Source of the DNA: Candidatus Woesearchaeota archaeon
Lineage (GTDB): Archaea; Nanobdellota; Nanobdellia; Pacearchaeales; GW2011-AR1
Assembly (NCBI GenBank): GCA_964518625.1
Contig: CAZFHC010000002.1
Span: forward strand, 176-64,175
Direction of reading: 5' to 3'
Length of the DNA stretch: 64,000 bases
The translations under genes were made by a program, and so were the position numbers. The number at the start of each line of letters is the position of its first letter. Position 1 is the first letter of the stretch. The notes beneath the pieces were generated by a model. That model did no database searches. It was not told the origin of the DNA and saw only the letters and a program-made list of their open reading frames with translations. Below, one piece after another: positions 18,754 to 26,077 of this stretch.

Positions 18754-18984
18754 TTATTTAGATTCTAATTTTGCTTCAACATCTTTTTTATCAAATTCTG
18801 TAAAGTGACATCTTCCACAGTATGCTCTTCCTTTACCAATAGATAAAAAAATTCCAGGGCCACATCTAGGACAGCTTCTAGCTCTAATTAATGTTTCTCC
18901 AACAACTTTATACTTTGTATACTTCTTAGAAGTTGGTTTATTAACATGCTTCTTTTTACCTTTAATCTTTGACTTAATTGCCAT
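18754..18984 (-). CDS. rps27ae: 30S ribosomal protein S27ae (eS31)
   Basis: ..YKVVGETLIRARSCPRCGPGIFLSIGKGRAYCGRCHFTEF.. is a Zn-ribbon r-protein. Last gene of the Rpo7-Spt4-S24e-S27ae cluster. Confidence 0.88.
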   Translation of the reverse strand: MAIKSKIKGKKKHVNKPTSKKYTKYKVVGETLIRARSCPRCGPGIFLSIGKGRAYCGRCHFTEFDKKDVEAKLESK

Positions 18985-19369
18985 TATTTATAATCTCCTC
19001 TGAATTATTTTCTTCTTCTACAATTTTAGCAGCTTTAGCCTCATCAGCAGCTTTTTGTTCTGCTTCTTTTTTCTTCCTCTCTTCTATTTCTCTTTCTTTT
19101 CTTTCTTTTTCCATCTTAATTTTAATTTTTCTAGGAATAACCATATATTTATCCTTAGACTCTTTAGAATTGTAGACAAAAACATTAACAATAAAAGAAC
19201 ATCTTCCAAAATTAGCATGTATTTTTTTAATAACAGTTAAATTTGCGTCTTTACCTAATTCAATAATAACTTCTTCTTTTGTTGGAGCAGACTCACTAAT
19301 AATTTCTAATAAAAACTCTTCTCTATCCAAAAATGGATTACTCTCTTGATTTATAATTTTCGATTCCAT
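18974..19369 (-). CDS. rps24e: 30S ribosomal protein S24e (eS24) with K/E-rich C-terminal extension
   Basis: ..NPFLDREEFLLEIISESAPTKEEV..VIKKIHANFG.. is S24e-like. It carries an extra tail ..KMEKERKEREIEERKKKEAEQKAADEAKAAK.. Confidence 0.85.
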   Translation of the reverse strand: MESKIINQESNPFLDREEFLLEIISESAPTKEEVIIELGKDANLTVIKKIHANFGRCSFIVNVFVYNSKESKDKYMVIPRKIKIKMEKERKEREIEERKKKEAEQKAADEAKAAKIVEEENNSEEIINNGN

Positions 19370-19569
19370 TACTTTATTTTTATAGCGAATTCGCCCTCCT
19401 TGTAAATACTTAATCGGTTTGCAATTTCAGATTTATCAGAATTAAAAACTTGTAATCTTCCTTTAAAACTATCACTAGATGGAGTCTCATTACATTGAGG
19501 ACACCTATCTCCAATATAAATAGCCTTACAATTTAAACATGCTTTTTCTTTTATTTTTTTTCCTGCCAT
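19369..19569 (-). CDS. spt4: transcription elongation factor Spt4 (RpoE'')
   Basis: 66 aa, CLNC..CPQC Zn ribbon, then ..FKGRLQVFN...SEIANRL.. Conserved position after Rpo7. Confidence 0.85.
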   Translation of the reverse strand: MAGKKIKEKACLNCKAIYIGDRCPQCNETPSSDSFKGRLQVFNSDKSEIANRLSIYKEGEFAIKIK

Positions 19570-20165
19570 TATTTCTTCTTTTTAGTAGCTTTTCCTTCAG
19601 CCTTTATAGCCTTAGTTGCTTCTTGTTTACTTTTATCTTTTTCTTGTTGAACCCATTCTAATTTTCCAAGTCCAGGTTGTCTCATCGTTAAACCAATTTT
19701 AGGTTGATCTCCTCTATATGAGATTGCAACAATTCTAGCAATACAATTATCACCCTTAACCAAGGTTCTTAAACTTTCCTTCCCAGAAAGAGAACCAGTA
19801 TCAGAAAAGGAAACAAAATCATCCATAGTTTGAGAAATATGAATCATTCCCCTAATAACTCCTAAATTAATAAAAGCACCAAAATTAGTAATCTCCTCAA
19901 TAGTTCCATAAACAACTTCCTGCAATTCAGGTCTAAAAACAATTACTTTGAAAGTAGATTCATAATAAGCAGCACCATCACCAGGAATAATAATACCTTC
20001 TTTAACATCTAAAACATCTAAAACAGCAACGATGACACCCATATCTTTATCCTGAAAACCAATGTAAGATTCTTCTAGCTGTTTTCTTACAGCTTCATCA
20101 GTATCATCACCGAACTTATCTGGGCTTACTCTTATATGGTCCGTTACTAATAATTCATAGAACAT
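19569..20165 (-). CDS. rpoE: DNA-directed RNA polymerase subunit E' (Rpo7)
   Basis: MFYELLVTDHIRVSPDKFG.. followed by an S1 domain ..GTIEEITNFGAFINLGVIRGMIHISQ.. ATG 20165 preferred over TTG 20174. Confidence 0.9.
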   Translation of the reverse strand: MFYELLVTDHIRVSPDKFGDDTDEAVRKQLEESYIGFQDKDMGVIVAVLDVLDVKEGIIIPGDGAAYYESTFKVIVFRPELQEVVYGTIEEITNFGAFINLGVIRGMIHISQTMDDFVSFSDTGSLSGKESLRTLVKGDNCIARIVAISYRGDQPKIGLTMRQPGLGKLEWVQQEKDKSKQEATKAIKAEGKATKKKK

Positions 20166-20263
20166 AAAATACAAGAGAAATTTTTATTTATAAACCTTTT
20201 GGAGTAGTAAAGAAAATCACGAATCATTAAACTTTTAAATTAATTTAAACCATAACATTATAT

Positions 20264-20337
20264 GGCTCTGTAGCTCAGTTGGTTAGAGCGCCGCTCTCAT
20301 GAGGCGGAGGTCGAGGGTTCGTATCCCTCCAGAGCCA
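20264..20337 (+). tRNA. tRNA with CAU anticodon (elongator Met or Ile2)
   Basis: Cloverleaf by hand: GGCTCTG/CAGAGCC acceptor (G1:C72, so not an initiator), GCTC/GAGC D stem, CCGCT-CTCATGA-GGCGG anticodon arm, GAGGG-TTCGTAT-CCCTC T arm. Position 37 reads G, unusual for an ANN-decoding tRNA. No encoded CCA. Confidence 0.85.
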
Positions 20338-20358
20338 TATCTTCTATTAGATTTTAAA

Positions 20359-21630
20359 TTACTTAAAAATCATTTTCCAAAATCTCATAAAAAATCCATC
20401 TCCAAAATTTTCAACAATAATTCGACTTTCACAACCAATACAAGATCCTCCACAATCAATATCCGTCTCATCGCCATCCAAAAATCCATTAAAACAATAG
20501 TTGCAATATGGTGTAGTAGCCATATTTGATAAATCAATATCAACAAAAGCATTGTTTCCGTTCCCCTGTTTGAAATTTACAATAAGAGAATCATCTAAAC
20601 TATTATACAACCCTAAAAAATCATCACCACATTTACTAAAAGGTTTTATATATACATCAACAGAAACAGAACATTCTTTGTTTTCTCTAGCATCAATAGC
20701 ACAATTATTAGAATCTCTGCAAATTCGATACTGATTTCCATTCAATAAATATTCATTTCCACTAAGAGTTCCAAAATTATAATCAGGTTCACAAAGACTC
20801 CATCCGTCACAAATAATATTTGGAACACATTTTTTATTACACTCAACTTTACCAGGTTTATTGAATGAAGTCCCACATTTATTTACATCATGGCAGATTG
20901 GAATAGAAAAACCATCTTTACATCTAGACCATTCGCATTGCCAACTCTCTTCACATATTCCATCACAATATTTCATTCTCTTTGGGATATTAGTAGGGAC
21001 ATCACAAGAATTTAAATCATTACAAATTCTTTTTTGTATACCATCAACGCAACTCTCCCAAGCAGTACATTCCCAATTAGATTGACAAATAGATGACCAG
21101 ACACTATCTTTATCAACTAAACTAATAGAAACGCTGTCTCCCACATTTGAGTTTACAGGGACAAAATTAGAAACATTGGATTCACTAATCAGTTTTAAAC
21201 TTGAATTAATTTCTTTAGATGATAGTTCACTAGAGCAATAGCCAATTCGAATATTTTTATTATAATTACAATCATCTTCAAGTATATCAAAATTAATGTC
21301 CAAAGATAAAGGATTTCTTTCTGCATCAATTTTATAAAATTTAGACATTTCAAAATTAGGAACATCTCTTAATTCAACTTCTTTATTAGAAAAATCAAAA
21401 AATGAAATATCCATACCAACCCATCTTGAAGAATCACTACCCCTAAAAACTTCCAAATAAATAGAATTACTATATGCATCATAACATCCCATAATATCTA
21501 AATCAATAATATTTTCTACATTATCACAAATAACAACTGCGCTATCTTTATCGTAAAATAATAGAAAAGACAATCCAATTATAATCAAAACTCCAACAAT
21601 CAAGACAATAATGCTCTTTTTATATTTCAT
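20359..21630 (-). CDS. secreted cysteine-rich repeat protein (surface/adhesion candidate)
   Basis: N-terminal TM/signal IIVLIVGVLIIIGLSFLLF. Three Trp/Cys modules (..CQSNWECTAWESCVDGIQKRICNDLNSC.., ..CEESWQCEWSRCKDGFSIPICHDVNKC.., ..CDGWSLCEP..YRICRDSNNC..). C-terminal CFNGFLDGDETDIDCGGSCIGC. Confidence 0.6.
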   Translation of the reverse strand: MKYKKSIIVLIVGVLIIIGLSFLLFYDKDSAVVICDNVENIIDLDIMGCYDAYSNSIYLEVFRGSDSSRWVGMDISFFDFSNKEVELRDVPNFEMSKFYKIDAERNPLSLDINFDILEDDCNYNKNIRIGYCSSELSSKEINSSLKLISESNVSNFVPVNSNVGDSVSISLVDKDSVWSSICQSNWECTAWESCVDGIQKRICNDLNSCDVPTNIPKRMKYCDGICEESWQCEWSRCKDGFSIPICHDVNKCGTSFNKPGKVECNKKCVPNIICDGWSLCEPDYNFGTLSGNEYLLNGNQYRICRDSNNCAIDARENKECSVSVDVYIKPFSKCGDDFLGLYNSLDDSLIVNFKQGNGNNAFVDIDLSNMATTPYCNYCFNGFLDGDETDIDCGGSCIGCESRIIVENFGDGFFMRFWKMIFK

Positions 21631-22601
21631 AAATTACTATTTTTCTTTTTCTTTAGTTCCTTAATCCAATCTTTACCCATAATAGGCTTTGCATCAACAT
21701 CATGGTACCATTTTTTATCAATATTACAAGCTTCTTTACTCAACATCAATTGTTTCTGCTCAATGATTTTACCTTCCTTTAACTGTTTTTCAATAATAGC
21801 TTCCTTCTCTTTTTGTTGTCTTAATTTCGTATGTAATTCAATTTCCAATTTCTGTTGCTGTTTTAATTTTTCTTCGGTTTCTTCCAATAACATTAAATTT
21901 TTGTGTTCCTGAATTTTAACCTCTTCGAATTTTTTGTCAATTCGCTGTGTTATTTCTTTTTGCTTTTGAGTTAATGGGTTATAATCTTGTTGAGGCTGGG
22001 ACACAATTTTAGCATATTTTTTTTGAGGTAAATTTTTATGTTTTTTATTGTTTCTAGAATCCCAGAATTTTTTAAAAATTAAATCATTTTGATTCGAAGT
22101 ATTAACCTGAACTGGAACTATTCTTAAGGGAGTTTTTACATCACCAATTCTTTGAGATAACTCAATCAAAGAAGCCAATTTTTTAGAAACTTTATTAACA
22201 TCGAATAAACTAATTCTGTCTTTAGAATAATATAAATTAAACATATCTTGACAAAACATTGCATATCTAATGAGATTTTTAGAAGTAAAATATTTTACAA
22301 GATAAGAATAACTTTTATCATTTTCGATTCCAAAATAATTTTTAAATAACAGTTTTGCCTTATGATTAATAATACCCAATCTTTCTTCAGGAGAATTTAC
22401 CGAATTGATTAATCGAGTCAACTCAGCAATTTCTGCATTAATAACCTGATCTTTAATATCAATTTTTTCTTTTTTTGTTCTAGTCTTGTCAAATAAGATT
22501 AATGAAATAGCTACAATAATGGTTAAAAAAAGTAAACTCAAAAGTATAATTACCCTACTATCCGAAAGAATAAAAGACATAAAATTTAACCTCATGAACA
22601 A
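21627..22601 (-). CDS. hypothetical membrane-anchored coiled-coil protein
   Basis: N-terminal TM (VIILLSLLFLTIIVAISLILF) and a charged K/E/Q-rich C-terminal half. 4-nt overlap with the downstream Cys-rich gene suggests co-transcription. Confidence 0.5.
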   Translation of the reverse strand: MFMRLNFMSFILSDSRVIILLSLLFLTIIVAISLILFDKTRTKKEKIDIKDQVINAEIAELTRLINSVNSPEERLGIINHKAKLLFKNYFGIENDKSYSYLVKYFTSKNLIRYAMFCQDMFNLYYSKDRISLFDVNKVSKKLASLIELSQRIGDVKTPLRIVPVQVNTSNQNDLIFKKFWDSRNNKKHKNLPQKKYAKIVSQPQQDYNPLTQKQKEITQRIDKKFEEVKIQEHKNLMLLEETEEKLKQQQKLEIELHTKLRQQKEKEAIIEKQLKEGKIIEQKQLMLSKEACNIDKKWYHDVDAKPIMGKDWIKELKKKKNSNL

Positions 22602-22687
22602 ATAAGAAAAAGTAAATATAAAAACATTCCTCCAAGGAAAACAAGAGAAACTAAATCTTTAAAAAGGTGGAATCTTAAAATTATATT

Positions 22688-22927
22688 ATGGTAAATACAA
22701 TTGAACGACCTTTAGATTTGCTTAATTCAGCAAAAGGTAAAGAGATTTTGGTACAATTGAAGTCAGGCAAACAATTTGTCGGAACTTTATTGGCATTCGA
22801 TATCCACATCAATGTGGTCTTAGACAATGCAAAAGAAATCGAAAACGGCGAACAATCAAGAAGTTATGGTTTAACTTTTTTGAGAGGGGACACAATAGTT
22901 TTCATTTCACCAAATACATCAAACTAA
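22688..22927 (+). CDS. Sm-like (LSm/SmAP) RNA-binding protein
   Basis: Sm1/Sm2 pattern: ..ILVQLKSGKQFVGTLLAFDIHINVVLDNAKE....TFLRGDTIVFISP. Confidence 0.88.
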   Translation: MVNTIERPLDLLNSAKGKEILVQLKSGKQFVGTLLAFDIHINVVLDNAKEIENGEQSRSYGLTFLRGDTIVFISPNTSN

Positions 22928-23001
22928 TTTAGCGTTGTGCCTTGTTAGATTTCGCTTGTGGCAAGTCTTCTAAAAAAGATTTTGTTATAATGTGAAGTTT
23001 A

Positions 23002-23934
23002 TTAAATTATGATTTGGTCGAAATCCTCGACAACCTTACTATTTTTAAATATTTTTTTAGCTTCTTCTTCTAACACTTTCGGAATTTCAGAATATCTCTG
23101 AGATAAATGCGTCAAAACTAACAAATTAGAATCCGAATCTTTTGCAATTTTAGCAGCATCAGATGTACTAAGATGGAATCTTAAATCAGCCTTATCTTGT
23201 TCTTTTAGACTATAAGTAGATTCACAAATTAAAATATTAGAATCTTTTGCAAATTTAGCTAAACTATCATCTCTCTTCGTATCTAATATAATCGAAATTT
23301 TTTTTGCAGGTTCTTTATATATAATTTTTTTACCATCTATTTTTTTGCCATTAAAAGTAATAGTTTTCCCTTTCACAAGTTCAGAAATAAGTGGAGAATT
23401 TCCAATTCCAAATTTTTTTAATTTATCTTTGTCAATTCTATTTTTTTCTTTAACAATAAAAGAATAGGCTAAAGATATAATACGATGGAAAGTTCTAGTC
23501 GCCTCTATTTTATATTCATCAAAATCCAAGATTACACCTTCATCAACATCATGTACATTAATTTCAAAATGGTTATCTCCATTCAAAGATTCCTTGAGTC
23601 TTTGTTTCATAAAAACTTCAATTAATTCTTGAACTTTTTTCTTTGATCCAATAGGGCCATAAATTTCTAATTTACCACTATAATCATTCATAGTTAAAGT
23701 CTGGAATAAACCAGCAAGACCCAATATATGATCTCCATGCCAATGAGAAATGAAAATTCTAGTAATCTTACAAGGACTCATTCTCACAAATCGGAATTGT
23801 CTTTGAATACCTTCACCACAATCAAATAAAATGTTTTCAGCTTTATATTTTAATAAAATACCAGTATGGTTTCTTCTAGCAGTAGGCACCGCTGACCCAG
23901 TCCCCAAAAAAGTAATTTCAACATTTTCTGCCAT
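23002..23934 (-). CDS. rnz: ribonuclease Z (tRNA 3' endonuclease, metallo-beta-lactamase fold)
   Basis: ITFLGTGSAVPT..RNHTGILL..FDCGEGIQRQ..ISHWHGDHILGLAGL.. and C-terminal THLSQRY. Confidence 0.88.
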   Translation of the reverse strand: MAENVEITFLGTGSAVPTARRNHTGILLKYKAENILFDCGEGIQRQFRFVRMSPCKITRIFISHWHGDHILGLAGLFQTLTMNDYSGKLEIYGPIGSKKKVQELIEVFMKQRLKESLNGDNHFEINVHDVDEGVILDFDEYKIEATRTFHRIISLAYSFIVKEKNRIDKDKLKKFGIGNSPLISELVKGKTITFNGKKIDGKKIIYKEPAKKISIILDTKRDDSLAKFAKDSNILICESTYSLKEQDKADLRFHLSTSDAAKIAKDSDSNLLVLTHLSQRYSEIPKVLEEEAKKIFKNSKVVEDFDQIII

Positions 23935-23993
23935 AGCTCAATCAAGAGAAATTAGTTTTTATTTGTTAGTATTAATCAACCTAAAAGTAAAAA

Positions 23994-24064
23994 AGCAGGT
24001 ACTGGGAATCAAACCCAGGATCAGCGGGTTGCAGCCGCTTGCCTTATCGCTTGGCTATACCTGC
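23994..24064 (-). tRNA. tRNA-Cys (GCA)
   Basis: GCAGGTA/TACCTGC acceptor, discriminator U73, AGCGG-CTGCAAC-CCGCT anticodon arm, CTGGG-TTTGATT-CCCAG T arm (U at position 56). T-run follows the 3' end. Confidence 0.88.
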
Positions 24065-24086
24065 ACATTATGCAAAATCATCTACA

Positions 24087-24095
24087 TTTTTTAAA
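24087..24095 (-). promoter_or_regulatory. TATA-like box for tRNA-Cys
   Basis: TTTAAAAAA on the minus strand at -31..-23 relative to tRNA position 1 (24064). Confidence 0.4.
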
Positions 24096-24143
24096 CTTAA
24101 TGCGATAAGGTTCTTGTACCGGGAGTCTTTGATGAGACGGTAT

Positions 24144-24169
24144 CTTATCGCTTGGCTATACCTGCACAT
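24144..24169 (-). repeat. duplicated tRNA-Cys 5' segment (4 nt leader + positions 1-22); pseudo-tRNA or 5' fragment gene
   Basis: 26-nt perfect direct repeat of 24043-24068, offset 101 nt. Followed on the minus strand by a non-tRNA hairpin region. Own TTTAAAAATT box at 24187-24196 (-31..-22). Confidence 0.7.
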
Positions 24170-24352
24170 AAAATAGAATTACACTTAATTTTTAAAGTTA
24201 ATGTGGAGATGAAATTATTATCCAAAAAAGATTTGGTTAGGTTGTATCTTTTTCTCTTGTAAATTTCTACATATTAAATAAAAAATGATTTGATATTTAA
24301 AGTTAAATTAAGATATTTTTAGTTATAAAACTATATTATTTAAGAATAGAAA

Positions 24353-24433
24353 CGCCCATAGCAGGAGTCGAACCTGCCAGCCCCGAAGGGCCCGGATTAG
24401 CAATCCGGTGCAATACCGATATGCGATATGGGC
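24353..24433 (-). tRNA. tRNA-Ser (GCU)
   Basis: GCCCATA/TATGGGC acceptor, CCGGA-TTGCTAA-TCCGG anticodon arm, long variable arm GCCCTTCGGGGC.., GCAGG-TTCGACT-CCTGC T arm, discriminator G. Confidence 0.88.
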
Positions 24434-24512
24434 ACAAATATTAAATCATAAATTTGTTTATAAGGTTTTGCAAGAGAGGAAATCTTATAAATCATATATT
24501 CTTTAGAACAAA

Positions 24513-24772
24513 GCAAACTACGCTTGCGTGTTAGCCCCACGCACTCGCACAAATGGGCTTTATGGTGAGCAATGAGGTAGGGTGTAAAAGGAAATCATTA
24601 ATATTGGTTAGTCGATGTTGACACTTTGTCTTTCTTGATCTTACCTTAATGAATCGGGTCAGGCCTTGATTGGAGCAGCCCTAAATTAAGTGTCTAGGTG
24701 CTTGAAAGGTCGCAAAGTTGAGTTCTCTAATGAATCCCTTCTTGACGGAATTGAGCTACCTACCTTGTTTGC
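24513..24772 (+). ncRNA. signal recognition particle RNA (7S/SRP RNA)
   Basis: Helix-8 core GGGUC-AGG-CC-UUGAUU-GG-AGCA-GCCC (about 24655-24682) matches the conserved SRP asymmetric/symmetric loop motif. Termini pair (GCAAAC 24513-18 with GUUUGC 24767-72; AGGUAGG with CCUACCU). GC-richer than its flanks. Confidence 0.8.
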
Positions 24773-24773
24773 A

Positions 24774-25082
24774 TTAAAATAATAGGTTTTTTATCACAGT
24801 GTAAACAAAAAATATTCTATTATCATTTCTAATTTTTTGAGAATATATCTTACAATATCTCTTCTTTTTTCGAGTTCTAAAGCATTTCGGAACAATAAAA
24901 TATTTAGCTCCCTTATTATTCCCTCTTTCTAGAATTTTAATATCAACATTGCATCTTTCATAAGCGAATAAATGTATATTTTTCATATGACCCTTCAAGG
25001 ATCTTGCTTCTTCTTCATTAACAAGAATCCTATAAATCATCTTATTGTTCTTACTGGTTTTAGAATGAATTATCTCCCCCAT
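24774..25082 (-). CDS. hypothetical protein, paralogue A of a divergent pair
   Basis: 102 aa, collinear with 25213-25518 (MG.II.SKT.K.NK, LKGH..N.H.F, RG.N...KYF..P). No family recognised. Confidence 0.55.
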   Translation of the reverse strand: MGEIIHSKTSKNNKMIYRILVNEEEARSLKGHMKNIHLFAYERCNVDIKILERGNNKGAKYFIVPKCFRTRKKKRYCKIYSQKIRNDNRIFFVYTVIKNLLF

Positions 25083-25212
25083 AAAAAAGTATAAAGAATA
25101 TAATTTAAAAGATTATATGTAAATTTTACAATTCATGAAACTTTATCAACTTTTTATCCAGATTTAAGAACAAATGTTATAACTGAAATGAATGTATTAA
25201 GTAAGTTATAAA

Positions 25213-25518
25213 ATGGGTAGAATAATAAGTTCAAAAACAGTTAAAGATAATAAAGTTGTCTTTGAAATAGAACTAGATTATGAGGAATCATTAGTTCTTA
25301 AAGGACATATTAGAAATGTACATATATTTTCAGAAGATGCAGCAGAAATAGAAACGAATTTATCACAAAGAGGCGCAAATGAAGCAACAAAATATTTTTT
25401 AATTCCAAGAAAGTTAAGAGATAATATAAATTTCGATAATAAAGTAAAATGTCAAAAAATAGATACAACAGCAAAGGCTGTTTTTGTATTTGTTACAGAT
25501 AAAGTAGAAATATTATAG
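25213..25518 (+). CDS. hypothetical protein, paralogue B of a divergent pair
   Basis: 101 aa. Same conserved blocks as 24774-25082. Confidence 0.55.
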   Translation: MGRIISSKTVKDNKVVFEIELDYEESLVLKGHIRNVHIFSEDAAEIETNLSQRGANEATKYFLIPRKLRDNINFDNKVKCQKIDTTAKAVFVFVTDKVEIL

Positions 25519-26076
25519 TTCATTATACCTAAAACAGTTTGTAGTATGGTCATTAGTCATACCAATTGCTTGCATTAAAGAATATATAATAATAGGACCA
25601 ACAAATTTCATTCCACGTTTCTTTAAATCAGCAGATATTAGTTCAGAAAGATTTGTTTTTACAGGAATATCTTCTAAATTATTAAAATGATTAATAATCG
25701 GTTTATTATTAATAAATTTCCAAATATAGGAATCAAAACTACCAAACTCCTTCTGTATTTTAATAAATATTTTCGCATTAGTAATTGAAGACATGATTTT
25801 TAATTTATTTCTGATAATACCATTACAATTTATTAATTCTTTGATTTTGGTTCCGTTATATTTTGCAATTTTTTTATAATCAAATTTATCAAATACTTCT
25901 CGATAATTCTCTCTTTTTCTTAATACAGTAATCCAAGACAATCCTGCTTGAGCACCTTCTAAAATAATCATTTCAAAAAGTTTCTGATCATTATGGATTT
26001 CTACACCCCACTCTTCATCATGATATTTCTGATAAAGTAAATCATCTTCAGGAACCCAAGCACATCTGACTACCAT
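25513..26076 (-). CDS. tag: DNA-3-methyladenine glycosylase I (Tag)
   Basis: CAWVPEDDLLYQKYHDEEWGV..LFEMIILEGAQAGLSWITVLRKRENYREVF.. is typical of Tag. Confidence 0.9.
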   Translation of the reverse strand: MVVRCAWVPEDDLLYQKYHDEEWGVEIHNDQKLFEMIILEGAQAGLSWITVLRKRENYREVFDKFDYKKIAKYNGTKIKELINCNGIIRNKLKIMSSITNAKIFIKIQKEFGSFDSYIWKFINNKPIINHFNNLEDIPVKTNLSELISADLKKRGMKFVGPIIIYSLMQAIGMTNDHTTNCFRYNEL

Positions 26077-26077
26077 A

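Noticed and set aside
20299-20529. 76-aa plus-strand ORF starting inside the tRNA(CAU) gene
   Set aside because: It overlaps the tRNA and then runs antisense to the Cys-rich protein gene, so it is not credible.
23831-24094. 87-aa plus-strand ORF
   Set aside because: It is antisense to the RNase Z start and to tRNA-Cys. The region is explained by RNA genes.
24125-24140. UGAUGAG on the plus strand between the tRNA-Cys copies: hammerhead core or C box?
   Set aside because: It is preceded by UU rather than C, there is no GAAA or suitable stems for a hammerhead, and no CUGA D box lies at the right distance for a C/D sRNA.
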